From Macrostomum lignano (taxonomy: Eukaryota): DNA of 64,000 bases. Positions 1-14,875 of this stretch are shown here, piece after piece. The notes below the pieces were generated by a model. It was given only the letters and a program-made list of their open reading frames with translations, ran no database searches and was not told where the DNA came from. A program made the position numbers and the translations under genes. The stretch is from the NCBI GenBank assembly GCA_002269645.1, contig NIVC01001215.1, forward strand, positions 270,625-334,624, given 5' to 3'. Positions within the stretch are counted from its first letter, which is position 1; the number at the start of each line of letters is the position of its first letter.

Positions 1-3000
1 CACCAGAGACCTCAGTTCACATGAGACCTCAGTTCACATGAGACCTCAGTTCACATGAGACCTCAGTTCACATGAGACCTCAGTTCACATGAGACCTCAG
101 TTCACATGAGACCTCAGTTCACCAGAGACCTCAGTTCACCAGAGACCTCAGTTCACATGAGACCTCAGTTCACCAGAGACCTCAGCATGGATATAGAGTT
201 CTCACATGAGACCTCAGTTCACATGAGACCTCAGTTCACCAGAGACCTCAGTTCACATGAGACCTCAGTTCACCAGAGACCTCAGTTCACATGAGACCTC
301 AGTTCACATGAGACCTCAGTTCACATGAGACCTCAGTTCACCAGAGACCTCAGTTCACATGAGACCTCAGTTCACCAGAGACCTCAGTTCACATGAGACC
401 TCAGTTCACATGAGACCTCAGTTCACATGAGACCTCAGTTCACCAGAGACCTCAGTTCACATGAGACCTCAGTTCACCAGAGACCTCAGCATGGATATAG
501 AGTTCTCACATGAGACCTCAGTTCACATGAGACCTCAGTTCACCAGAGACCTCAGTTCACATGAGACCTCAGTTCACCAGAGACCTCAGTTCACATGAGA
601 CCTCAGTTCACATGAGACCTCAGTTCACATGAGACCTCAGTTCACCAGAGACCTCAGTTCACCAGAGACCTCAGCATGGATATAGAGTTCTCACATGAGA
701 CCTCAGTTCACATGAGACCTCAGTTCACCAGAGACCTCAGTTCACATGAGACCTCAGTTCACCAGAGACCTCAGTTCACATGAGACCTCAGTTCACATGA
801 GACCTCAGTTCACATGAGACCTCAGTTCACCAGAGACCTCAGTTCACATGAGACCTCAGTTCACCAGAGACCTCAGCATGGATATAGAGTTCTCACATGA
901 GACCTCAGTTCACATGAGACCTCAGTTCACCAGAGACCTCAGTTCACATGAGACCTCAGTTCACATGAGACCTCAGTTCACCAGAGACCTCAGTTCACAT
1001 GAGACCTCAGTTCACATGAGACCTCAGTTCACATGAGACCTCAGTTCACCAGAGACCTCAGTTCACCAGAAACCTCAGTTCACATGAGACCTCAGTTCAC
1101 CAGAGACCTCAGTTCACATGAGACCTCAGTTCACATGAGACCTCAGTTCACATGAGACCTCAGTTCACATGAGACCTCAGTTCACCAGAGACCTCAGTTC
1201 ACCAGAGACCTCAGTTCACATGAGACCTCAGTTCACCAGAGACCTCAGCATGGATATAGAGTTCTCACATGAGACCTCAGTTCACATGAGACCTCAGTTC
1301 ACCAGAGACCTCAGTTCACATGAGACCTCAGTTCACCAGAGACCTCAGTTCACATGAGACCTCAGTTCACATGAGACCTCAGTTCACATGAGACCTCAGT
1401 TCACCAGAGACCTCAGTTCACATGAGACCTCAGTTCACCAGAGACCTCAGCATGGATATAGAGTTCTCACATGAGACCTCAGTTCACATGAGACCTCAGT
1501 TCACCAGAGACCTCAGTTCACATGAGACCTCAGTTCACCAGAGACCTCAGTTCACATGAGACCTCAGTTCACCAGAGACCTCAGTTCACCAGAGACCTCA
1601 GTTCACCAGAGACCTCAGTTCACCAGAGACCTCAGCATGGATATAGAGTTCTCACATGAGACCTCAGTTCACATGAGACCTCAGTTCACCAGAGACCTCA
1701 GTTCACATGAGACCTCAGTTCACCAGAGACCTCAGTTCACATGAGACCTCAGTTCACATGAGACCTCAGTTCACATGAGACCTCAGTTCACATGAGACCT
1801 CAGTTCACATGAGACCTCAGTTCACATGAGACCTCAGTTCACCAGAGACCTCAGCATGGATATAGAGTTCTCACATGAGACCTCAGTTCACATGAGACCT
1901 CAGTTCACCAGAGACCTCAGTTCACATGAGACCTCAGTTCACCAGAGACCTCAGTTCACAGAGACCTCAGTTCACATGAGACCTCAGTTCACATGAGACC
2001 TCAGTTCACATGAGACCTCAGTTCACCAGAGACCTCAGTTCACATGAGACCTCAGTTCACCAGAGACCTCAGTTCACATGAGACCTCAGTTCACCAGAGA
2101 CCTCAGCATGGATATAGAGTTCTCACATTAGACCTCAGTTCACATGAGACTTCAGTTCACCAGAGACCTCAGTTCACATGAGACCTCAGTTCACCAGAGA
2201 CCTCAGTTCACATGAGACCTCAGTTCACCAGAGACCTCAGCATGGATATAGAGTTCTCACATGAGACCTCAGTTCACATGAGACCTCAGTTCACATGAGA
2301 CCTCAGTTCACATGAGACCTCAGTTCACCAGAGACCTCAGTTCACATGAGACCTCAGTTCACCAGAGACCTCAGCATGGATATAGAGTTCTCACATGAGA
2401 CCTCAGTTCACATGAGACCTCAGTTCACATGAGACCTCAGTTCACCAGAGACCTCAGTTCACATGAGACCTCAGTTCACCAGAGACCTCAGTTCACATGA
2501 GACCTCAGTTCACCAGAGACCTCAGTTCACATGAGACCTCAGTTCACCAGAGACCTCAGTTCACATGAGACCTCAGTTCACATGAGACCTCAGTTCACAT
2601 GAGACCTCAGTTCACCAGAGACCTCAGTTCACATGAGACCTCAGTTCACCAGAGACCTCAGTTCACATGAGACCTCAGTTCACATGAGACCTCAGTTCAC
2701 ATGAGACCTCAGTTCACCAGAGACCTCAGTTCACATGAGACCTCAGTTCACCAGAGACCTCAGCATGGATATAGAGTTCTCACATGAGACCTCAGTTCAC
2801 ATGAGACCTCAGTTCACCAGAGACCTCAGTTCACATGAGACCTCAGTTCACCAGAGACCTCAGTTCACATGAGACCTCAGTTCACATGAGACCTCAGTTC
2901 ACATGAGACCTCAGTTCACATGAGACCTCAGTTCACCAGAGACCTCAGCATGGATATAGAGTTCTCACATGAGACCTCAGTTCACATGAGACCTCAGTTC

Positions 3001-6000
3001 ACCAGAGACCTCAGTTCACATGAGACCTCAGTTCACCAGAGACCTCAGTTCACATGAGACCTCAGTTCACATGAGACCTCAGTTCACATGAGACCTCAGT
3101 TCACCAGAGACCTCAGTTCACAGAGACCTCAGTTCACATGAGACCTCAGTTCACCAGAGACCTCAGCATGGATATAGAGTTCTCACATGAGACCTCAGTT
3201 CACATGAGACCTCAGTTCACCAGAGACCTCAGTTCACATGAGACCTCAGTTCACCAGAGACCTCAGTTCACATGAGACCTCAGTTCACATGAGACCTCAG
3301 TTCACATGAGACCTCAGTTCACAGAGACCTCAGTTCACATGAGACCTCAGTTCACCAGAGACCTCAGCATGGATATAGAGTTCTCACATGAGACCTCAGT
3401 TCACATGAGACCTCAGTTCACCAGAGACCTCAGTTCACATGAGACCTCAGTTCACCAGAGACCTCAGTTCACATGAGACCTCAGTTCACAGAGACCTCAG
3501 TTCACAGAGACCTCAGTTCACATGAGACCTCAGTTCACATGAGACCTCAGTTCACATGAGACCTCAGTTCACCAGAGACCTCAGCATGGATATAGAGTTC
3601 TCACATGAGACCTCAGTTCACATGAGACCTCAGTTCACCAGAGACCTCAGTTCACATGAGACCTCAGTTCACAGAGACCTCAGTTCACATGAGACCTCAG
3701 TTCACATGAGACCTCAGTTCACATGAGACCTCAGTTCACATGAGACCTCAGTTCACCAGAGACCTCAGCATGGATATAGAGTTCTCACATGAGACCTCAG
3801 TTCACATGAGACCTCAGTTCACCAGAGACCTCAGTTCACATGAGACCTCAGTTCACCAGAGACCTCAGTTCACATGAGACCTCAGTTCACCAGAGACCTC
3901 AGTTCACATGAGACCTCAGTTCACCAGAGACCTCAGTTCACCAGAGACCTCAGTTCACATGAGACCTCAGTTCACATGAGACCTCAGTTCACATGAGACC
4001 TCAGTTCACCAGAGACCTCAGTTCACATGAGACCTCAGTTCACCAGAGACCTCAGTTCACATGAGACCTCAGTTCACCAGAGACCTCAGCATGGATATAG
4101 AGTTCTCACATGAGACCTCAGTTCACATGAGACCTCAGTTCACCAGAGACCTCAGTTCACATGAGACCTCAGTTCACCAGAGACCTCAGTTCACATGAGA
4201 CCTCAGTTCACATGAGACCTCAGCATGGATATAGAGTTCTCACATGAGACCTCAGTTCACATGAGACCTCAGTTCACATGAGACCTCAGTTCACCAGAGA
4301 CCTCAGTTCACCAGAGACCTCAGTTCACATGAGACCTCAGTTCACCAGAGACCTCAGCATGGATATAGAGTTCTCACATGAGACCTCAGTTCACATGAGA
4401 CCTCAGTTCACATGAGACCTCAGTTCACATGAGACCTCAGTTCACATGAGACCTCAGTTCACCAGAGACCTCAGTTCACATGAGACCTCAGTTCACCAGA
4501 GACCTCAGTTCACATGAGACCTCAGTTCACCAGAGACCTCAGCATGGATATAGAGTTCTCACATGAGACCTCAGTTCACATGAGACCTCAGTTCACCAGA
4601 GACCTCAGTTCACATGAGACCTCAGTTCACCAGAGACCTCAGTTCACATGAGACCTCAGTTCACCAGAGACCTCAGCATGGATATAGAGTTCTCACATGA
4701 GACCTCAGTTCACATGAGACCTCAGTTCACCAGAGACCTCAGTTCACATGAGACCTCAGTTCACCAGAGACCTCAGTTCACATGAGACCTCAGTTCACCA
4801 GAGACCTCAGCATGGATATAGAGTTCTCACATGAGACCTCAGTTCACATGAGACCTCAGTTCACATGAGACCTCAGTTCACCAGAGACCTCAGTTCACAT
4901 GAGACCTCAGTTCACCAGAGACCTCAGCATGGATATAGAGTTCTCACATGAGACCTCAGTTCACCAGAGACCTTAGCATGGATATAGAGTTCTCACATGA
5001 GACCTCAGTTCACATGAGACCTCAGTTCACCAGAGACCTCAGTTCACATGAGACCTCAGTTCACCAGAGACCTCAGTTCACATGAGACCTCAGTTCACCA
5101 GAGACCTCAGCATGGATATAGAGTTCTCACATGAGACCTCAGTTCACATGAGACCTCAGTTCACCAGAGACCTCAGTTCACATGAGACCTCAGTTCACCA
5201 GAGACCTCAGTTCACATGAGACCTCAGTTCACCAGAGACCTCAGCATGGATATAGAGTTCTCACATGAGACCTCAGTTCACATGAGACCTCAGTTCACAT
5301 GAGACCTCAGTTCACAGAGACCTCAGTTCACCAGAGACCTCAGTTCACATGAGACCTCAGTTCACCAGAGACCTCAGCATGGATATAGAGTTCTCACATG
5401 AGACCTCAGTTCACATGAGACCTCAGTTCACATGAGACCTCAGTTCACCAGAGACCTCAGTTCACATGAGACCTCAGTTCACCAGAGACCTCAGTTCACA
5501 TGAGACCTCAGTTCACCAGAGACCTCAGTTCACATGAGACCTCAGTTCACCAGAGACCTCAGCATGGATATAGAGTTCTCACATGAGACCTCAGTTCACA
5601 TGAGACCTCAGTTCACCAGAGACCTCAGTTCACATGAGACCTCAGTTCACCAGAGACCTCAGTTCACATGAGACCTCAGTTCACCAGAGACCTCAGCATG
5701 GATATAGAGTTCTCACATGAGACCTCAGTTCACATGAGACCTCAGTTCACCAGAGACCTCAGTTCACATGAGACCTCAGTTCACCAGAGACCTCAGTTCA
5801 CATGAGACCTCAGTTCACCAGAGACCTCAGCATGGATATAGAGTTCTCACATGAGACCTCAGTTCACATGAGACCTCAGTTCACATGAGACCTCAGTTCA
5901 CATGAGACCTCAGTTCACCAGAGACCTCAGTTCACATGAGACCTCAGTTCACCAGAGACCTCAGCATGGATATAGAGTTCTCACATGAGACCTCAGTTCA

Positions 6001-9000
6001 CCAGAGACCTCAGCATGGATATAGAGTTCTCACATGAGACCTCAGTTCACATGAGACCTCAGTTCACCAGAGACCTCAGTTCACATGAGACCTCAGTTCA
6101 CCAGAGACCTCAGCATGGATATAGAGTTCTCACATGAGACCTCAGTTCACCAGAGACCTTAGCATGGATATAGAGTTCTCACATGAGACCTCAGTTCACA
6201 TGAGACCTCAGTTCACCAGAGACCTCAGTTCACATGAGACCTCAGTTCACCAGAGACCTCAGTTCACATGAGACCTCAGTTCACCAGAGACCTCAGCATG
6301 GATATAGAGTTCTCACATGAGACCTCAGTTCACATGAGACCTCAGTTCACCAGAGACCTCAGTTCACATGAGACCTCAGTTCACCAGAGACCTCAGTTCA
6401 CATGAGACCTCAGTTCACCAGAGACCTCAGCATGGATATAGAGTTCTCACATGAGACCTCAGTTCACATGAGACCTCAGTTCACATGAGACCTCAGTTCA
6501 CAGAGACCTCAGTTCACCAGAGACCTCAGTTCACATGAGACCTCAGTTCACCAGAGACCTCAGCATGGATATAGAGTTCTCACATGAGACCTCAGTTCAC
6601 ATGAGACCTCAGTTCACATGAGACCTCAGTTCACCAGAGACCTCAGTTCACATGAGACCTCAGTTCACCAGAGACCTCAGTTCACATGAGACCTCAGTTC
6701 ACCAGAGACCTCAGTTCACATGAGACCTCAGTTCACCAGAGACCTCAGCATGGATATAGAGTTCTCACATGAGACCTCAGTTCACATGAGACCTCAGTTC
6801 ACCAGAGACCTCAGTTCACATGAGACCTCAGTTCACCAGAGACCTCAGTTCACATGAGACCTCAGTTCACCAGAGACCTCAGCATGGATATAGAGTTCTC
6901 ACATGAGACCTCAGTTCACATGAGACCTCAGTTCACCAGAGACCTCAGTTCACATGAGACCTCAGTTCACCAGAGACCTCAGTTCACATGAGACCTCAGT
7001 TCACCAGAGACCTCAGCATGGATATAGAGTTCTCACATGAGACCTCAGTTCACATGAGACCTCAGTTCACAGAGACCTCAGTTCACATGAGACCTCAGTT
7101 CACCAGAGACCTCAGTTCACATGAGACCTCAGTTCACCAGAGACCTCAGCATGGATATAGAGTTCTCACATGAGACCTCAGTTCACCAGAGACCTCAGCA
7201 TGGATATAGAGTTCACATGAGACCTCAGTTCACATGAGACCTCAGTTCACCAGAGACCTCAGTTCACATGAGACCTCAGTTCACCAGAGACCTCAGCATG
7301 GATATAGAGTTCTCACATGAGACCTCAGTTCACATGAGACCTCAGTTCACAGAGACCTCAGTTCACATGAGACCTCAGTTCACCAGAGACCTCAGTTCAC
7401 ATGAGACCTCAGTTCACCAGAGACCTCAGTTCACATGAGACCTCAGTTCACCAGAGACCTCAGCATGGATATAGAGTTCTCACATGAGACCTCAGTTCAC
7501 ATGAGACCTCAGTTCACCAGAGACCTCAGTTCACATGAGACCTCAGTTCACCAGAGACCTCAGTTCACATGAGACCTCAGTTCACATGAGACCTCAGTTC
7601 ACATGAGACCTCAGTTCACATGAGACCTCAGTTCACCAGAGACCTCAGCATGGATATAGAGTTCTCACATGAGACCTCAGTTCACATGAGACCTCAGTTC
7701 ACCAGAGACCTCAGTTCACATGAGACCTCAGTTCACCAGAGACCTCAGTTCACATGAGACCTCAGTTCACATGAGACCTCAGTTCACATGAGACCTCAGT
7801 TCACATGAGACCTCAGTTCACCAGAGACCTCAGTTCACATGAGACCTCAGTTCACCAGAGACCTCAGCACATGAGACCTCAGTTCACATGAGACCTCAGT
7901 TCACATGAGACCTCAGTTCACATGAGACCTCAGTTCACATGAGACCTCAGTTCACAGAGACCTCAGTTCACATGAGACCTCAGTTCACATGAGACCTCAG
8001 TTCACATGAGACCTCAGTTCACATGAGACCTCAGTTCACCAGAGACCTCAGTTCACATGAGACCTCAGTTCACAGAGACCTCAGTTCACATGAGACCTCA
8101 GTTCACATGAGACCTCAGTTCACATGAGACCTCAGTTCACATGAGACCTCAGTTCACCAGAGACCTCAGTTCACACAGAGACCTCAGTTCACATGAGACC
8201 TCAGTTCACAGAGACCTCAGTTCACATGAGACCTCAGTTCACATGAGACCTCAGTTCACATGAGACCTCAGTTCACATGAGACCTCAGTTCACATGAGAC
8301 CTCAGTTCACATGAGACCTCAGTTCACCAGAGACCTCAGTTCACATGAGACCTCAGTTCACATGAGACCTCAGTTCACCAGAGACCTCAGTTCACATGAG
8401 ACCTCAGTTCACCAGAGACCTCAGTTCACATGAGACCTCAGTTCACATGAGACCTCAGTTCACCAGAGACCTCAGTTCACATGAGACCTCAGTTCACCAG
8501 AGACCTCAGCATGGATCTCACATGAGACCTCAGTTCACATGAGACCTCAGTTCACCAGAGACCTCAGTTCACATGAGACCTCAGTTCACCAGAGACCTCA
8601 GTTCACATGAGACCTCAGTTCACATGAGACCTCAGTTCACATGAGACCTCAGTTCACATGAGACCTCAGTTCACATGAGACCTCAGTTCACCAGAGACCT
8701 CAGTTCACATGAGACCTCAGTTCACCAGAGACCTCAGCATGGATCACATGAGACCTCAGTTCACATGAGACCTCAGTTCACCAGAGACCTCAGTTCACAT
8801 GAGACCTCAGTTCACAGAGACCTCAGTTCACAGAGACCTCAGTTCACATGAGACCTCAGTTCACATGAGACCTCAGTTCACATGAGACCTCAGTTCACCA
8901 GAGACCTCAGTTCACATGAGACCTCAGTTCACATGAGACCTCAGTTCACCAGAGACCTCAGTTCACATGAGACCTCAGTTCACCAGAGACCTCAGTTCAC

Positions 9001-12000
9001 ATGAGACCTCAGTTCACATGAGACCTCAGTTCACCAGAGACCTCAGTTCACATGAGACCTCAGTTCACCAGAGACCTCAGCATGGATATAGAGTTCTCAC
9101 ATGAGACCTCAGTTCACATGAGACCTCAGTTCACAGAGACCTCAGTTCACATGAGACCTCAGTTCACCAGAGACCTCAGTTCACCAGAGACCTCAGTTCA
9201 CATGAGACCTCAGTTCACATGAGACCTCAGTTCACATGAGACCTCAGTTCACCAGAGACCTCAGTTCACATGAGACCTCAGTTCACAGAGACCTCAGTTC
9301 ACATGAGACCTCAGTTCACAGAGACCTCAGCATGGATATAGAGTTCTCACATGAGACCTCAGTTCACATGAGACCTCAGTTCACCAGAGACCTCAGTTCA
9401 CATGAGACCTCAGTTCACCAGAGACCTCAGTTCACATGAGACCTCAGTTCACATGAGACCTCAGCATGGATATAGAGTTCTCACATGAGACCTCAGTTCA
9501 CATGAGACCTCAGTTCACATGAGACCTCAGTTCACATGAGACCTCAGTTCACCAGAGACCTCAGTTCACATGAGACCTCAGTTCACCAGAGACCTCAGCA
9601 TGGATATAGAGTTCTCACATGAGACCTCAGTTCACATGAGACCTCAGTTCACATGAGACCTCAGTTCACATGAGACCTCAGTTCACCAGAGACCTCAGTT
9701 CACATGAGACCTCAGTTCACCAGAGACCTCAGTTCACATGAGACCTCAGTTCACCAGAGACCTCAGTTCACATGAGACCTCAGTTCACCAGAGACCTCAG
9801 CATGGATATAGAGTTCACATGAGACCTCAGTTCACATGAGACCTCAGTTCACCAGAGACCTCAGTTCACATGAGACCTCAGTTCACCAGAGACCTCAGTT
9901 CACATGAGACCTCAGTTCACCAGAGACCTCAGCATGGATATAGAGTTCTCACATGAGACCTCAGTTCACATGAGACCTCAGTTCACCAGAGACCTCAGTT
10001 CACATGAGACCTCAGTTCACCAGAGACCTCAGTTCACATGAGACCTCAGTTCACCAGAGACCTCAGCATGGATATAGAGTTCTCACATGAGACCTCAGTT
10101 CACCAGAGACCTCAGTTCACATGAGACCTCAGTTCACATGAGACCTCAGTTCACAGAGACCTCAGTTCACCAGAGACCTCAGTTCACATGAGACCTCAGT
10201 TCACCAGAGACCTCAGCATCTCACATGAGACCTCAGTTCACCAGAGACCTCATGGATATAGAGTTCTCACATGAGACCTCAGTTCACATGAGACCTCAGT
10301 TCACCAGAGACCTCAGTTCACATGAGACCTCAGTTCACAGAGACCTCAGTTCACAGAGACCTCAGTTCACATGAGACCTCAGTTCACCAGAGACCTCAGC
10401 ATGGATATAGAGTTCTCACATGAGACCTCAGTTCACATGAGACCTCAGTTCACCAGAGACCTCAGTTCACATGAGACCTCAGTTCACCAGAGACCTCAGT
10501 TCACATGAGACCTCAGTTCACCAGAGACCTCAGCATGGATATAGAGTTCTCACATGAGACCTCAGTTCACATGAGACCTCAGTTCACATGAGACCTCAGT
10601 TCACATGAGACCTCAGTTCACCAGAGACCTCAGTTCACATGAGACCTCAGTTCACCAGAGACCTCAGCATGGATATAGAGTTCTCACATGAGACCTCAGT
10701 TCACATGAGACCTCAGTTCACATGAGACCTCAGTTCACCAGAGACCTCAGTTCACATGAGACCTCAGTTCACCAGAGACCTCAGTTCACATGAGACCTCA
10801 GTTCACCAGAGACCTCAGTTCACATGAGACCTCAGTTCACCAGAGACCTCAGCATGGATATAGAGTTCTCACATGAGACCTCAGTTCACATGAGACCTCA
10901 GTTCACCAGAGACCTCAGTTCACATGAGACCTCAGTTCACCAGAGACCTCAGTTCACATGAGACCTCAGTTCACCAGAGACCTCAGCATGGATATAGAGT
11001 TCTCACATGAGACCTCAGTTCACATGAGACCTCAGTTCACCAGAGACCTCAGTTCACATGAGACCTCAGTTCACCAGAGACCTCAGTTCACATGAGACCT
11101 CAGTTCACCAGAGACCTCAGCATGGATATAGAGTTCTCACATGAGACCTCAGTTCACATGAGACCTCAGTTCACATGAGACCTCAGTTCACCAGAGACCT
11201 CAGTTCACATGAGACCTCAGTTCACCAGAGACCTCAGCATGGATATAGATTCTCACATGAGACCTCAGTTCACAGAGACCTCAGCATGGATATAGAGTTC
11301 TCACATGAGACCTCAGTTCACATGAGACCTCAGTTCACCAGAGACCTCAGTTCACATGAGACCTCAGTTCACCAGAGACCTCAGCATGGATATAGAGTTC
11401 TCACATGAGACCTCAGTTCACATGAGACCTCAGTTCACATGAGACCTCAGTTCACATGAGACCTCAGTTCACCAGAGACCTCAGTTCACATGAGACCTCA
11501 GTTCACCAGAGACCTCAGTTCACATGAGACCTCAGTTCACATGAGACCTCAGCATGGATATAGAGTTCTCACATGAGACCTCAGTTCACATGAGACCTCA
11601 GTTCACTAGAGACCTCAGTTCACATGAGACCTCAGTTCACCAGAGACCTCAGTTCACATGAGACCTCAGTTCACATGAGACCTCAGTTCACATGAGACCT
11701 CAGTTCACCAGAGACCTCAGTTCACCAGAGACCTCAGCATGGATATAGAGTTCTCACATGAGACCTCAGTTCACATGAGACCTCAGTTCACCAGAGACCT
11801 CAGTTCACATGAGACCTCAGTTCACCAGAGACCTCAGTTCACATGAGACCTCAGTTCACATGAGACCTCAGTTCACATGAGACCTCAGTTCACATGAGAC
11901 CTCAGTTCACCAGAGACCTCAGTTCACATGAGACCTCAGTTCACCAGAGACCTCAGCATGGATATAGAGTTCTCACATGAGACCTCAGTTCACATGAGAC

Positions 12001-13480
12001 CTCAGTTCACCAGAGACCTCAGTTCACATGAGACCTCAGTTCACATGAGACCTCAGTTCACAGAGACCTCAGTTCACATGAGACCTCAGTTCACATGAGA
12101 CCTCAGTTCACATGAGACCTCAGTTCACCAGAGACCTCAGTTCACCAGAGACCTCAGTTCACATGAGACCTCAGTTCACCAGAGACCTCAGTTCACATGA
12201 GACCTCAGTTCACATGAGACCTCAGTTCACATGAGACCTCAGTTCACCAGAGACCTCAGTTCACCAGAGACCTCAGTTCACATGAGACCTCAGTTCACCA
12301 GAGACCTCAGCATGGATATAGAGTTCTCACATGAGACCTCAGTTCACATGAGACCTCAGTTCACCAGAGACCTCAGTTCACATGAGACCTCAGTTCACCA
12401 GAGACCTCAGTTCACATGAGACCTCAGTTCACATGAGACCTCAGTTCACATGAGACCTCAGTTCACCAGAGACCTCAGTTCACATGAGACCTCAGTTCAC
12501 CAGAGATCTCAGCATGGATATAGAGTTCTCACATGAGACCTCAGTTCACATGAGACCTCAGTTCACCAGAGACCTCAGTTCACATGAGACCTCAGTTCAC
12601 CAGAGACCTCAGTTCACATGAGACCTCAGTTCACTAGAGACCTCAGTTCACCAGAGACCTCAGTTCACATGAGACCTCAGTTCACCAGAGACCTCAGCAT
12701 GGATATAGAGTTCTCACATGAGACCTCAGTTCACATGAGACCTCAGTTCACCAGAGACCTCAGTTCACATGAGACCTCAGTTCACCAGAGACCTCAGTTC
12801 ACATGAGACCTCAGTTCACATGAGACCTCAGTTCACATGAGACCTCAGTTCACATGAGACCTCAGTTCACATGAGACCTCAGTTCACCAGAGACCTCAGT
12901 TCACATGAGACCTCAGTTCACCAGAGACCTCAGCATGGATATAGAGTTCTCACATGAGACCTCAGTTCACATGAGACCTCAGTTCACCAGAGACCTCAGT
13001 TCACATGAGACCTCAGTTCACCAGAGACCTCAGTTCACCAGAGACCTCAGTTCACATGAGACCTCAGTTCACATGAGACCTCAGTTCACATGAGACCTCA
13101 GTTCACCAGAGACCTCAGCATGGATATAGAGTTCTCACATGAGACCTCAGTTCACATGAGACCTCAGTTCACCAGAGACCTCAGTTCACATGAGACCTCA
13201 GTTCACCAGAGACCTCAGTTCACATGAGACCTCAGTTCACCAGAGACCTCAGTTCACATGAGACCTCAGTTCACCAGAGACCTCAGCATGGATATAGAGT
13301 TCTCACATGAGACCTCAGTTCACCAGAGACCTCAGTTCACATGAGACCTCAGTTCACCAGAGACCTCAGTTCACCAGAGACCTCAGTTCACATGAGACCT
13401 CAGTTCACATGAGACCTCAGTTCACCAGAGACCTCAGTATGGATAGAGTTCTCACCTGAGATCTCAGCATGAAGTTCAGA
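1..13480. repeat. Satellite array of 17-bp monomers (A: CACATGAGACCTCAGTT; B: CACCAGAGACCTCAGTT) punctuated by a variant unit CATGGATATAGAGTTCT; runs off the left edge
   Basis: Read directly. The variant unit recurs at 117/134/151-bp spacing (e.g. 4541 to 4675 = 134 bp). The ORF track shows near-identical blocks 387 bp apart (1169/1556, 12231/12618). Confidence 0.98.
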
Positions 13481-13483
13481 CTA

Positions 13484-14098
13484 GAGCTAGGAAATGAAGA
13501 AGCTAGGAAATGAAGGAGCTAGGAAATGAAGGAGCTGGGAAATAAATAAGCTAGGAAATGAAGGAGCTAAAAATGAAGAAGCTAGGAAATGAAGCTAGGA
13601 AATGAAGAAGCTAGGAAATGAAGCTAGGAAATGAAGGAGCTAGGAAATGAAGCTAGGAAATGAAGCTAGGAAATGAAGGAGCTAGGAAATGAAGCTAGGA
13701 AATGAAGAAGCTGGGAAATGAAGAAGCTGGGAAATAAATAAGCTAGGAAATGAAGGAGCTGGGAAATAAATAAGCTAGGAAATGAAGGAGCTAAAAATGA
13801 AGAAGCTAGGAAATGAAGCTAGGAAATGAAGAAGCTAGGAAATGAAGCTAGGAAATGAAGAAGCTAGGAAATGAAGCTAGGAAATGAAGGAGCTAGGAAA
13901 TGAAGCTAGGAAATGAAGCTAGGAAATGAAGGAGCTAGGAAATGAAGCTAGGAAATGAAGAAGCTGGGAAATGAAGAAGCTGGGAAATGAAGAAGCTGGG
14001 AAATGAAGAAGCTGGGAAATGAAGAAGCTGGGAAATGAAGCTAGGAAATGAAGAAGTTGGGAAATGAAGAAGCTGGGAAATGAAGAAGCTGGGAAATA
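13484..14098. repeat. Purine-rich tandem repeat of 13/16-bp units (GAAGCTAGGAAAT / GAAGAAGCTGGGAAAT)
   Basis: Read directly; abuts the right end of the satellite. Confidence 0.95.
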
Positions 14099-14875
14099 AG
14101 CGCCACAAACAACATTTGTGATATTCAGCAACAAAAACAGCAAAACTGCCTTGAATAGAATCTGTATTATCTGTGCGAGCAAAGCCCCCAATAGAAATCT
14201 ACTGCTGATCCGGTCCGGGATCTGCTAACTCGAAAAAGAACAGAAAAATACAGCGAAACATTGAAAATCTGTCGACAATGACGAGGCGCCATGGAAAACA
14301 CAGAGACGCTGGCAGAAGCACATTGAGCACGCTGAGCACACAGAAGCATGATACGCTAAGTATTAGCATGTAAGATTATTATAAGCTTTATGCACTGCTC
14401 TTAAAAAACAATTAATTAACAAGGAAATTTTGGGTGCAACAATTAGCAGCATAATTAGAAAGCAAAATTGTGTCGATCGCTATACTCTACTGAGAGACCG
14501 TGAGTAGGCACCAGCGGGCATTACTGAATAGGCATCACATCACAAAAGTAGTGGCATTAATTACACCAATTTAGCGAATAAAGCGACAGAGATTAGTCCT
14601 GTTGCATCCGTTGGTGACCTTGCGGCAAGCACCGCAACACATTATTGACAAGGGGAATAAAACACGATACTTCACTACAAATATAAACAAAATCGAGACT
14701 GAAGCAAAGGCAAAGACAGAAGCAGATTGTGAAATGGAAGCGGACACGTGGCAGTACACTGAGGCTCTGTCATTCAGGGCCTGGTGGAATGGGCGACCCT
14801 CGGCGCCCACTGTCTACGGACCACCCTGAAGCTAAGGCTAAAGAGGCTCCGTCAGCAAAGAATTTCATTAGCGAC

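Noticed and set aside
1-13480. CRISPR-like array, or the short MRPQFTRDLS ORFs
   Set aside because: No unique spacers; all units are variants of the same monomers. The ORFs are translations of the satellite.
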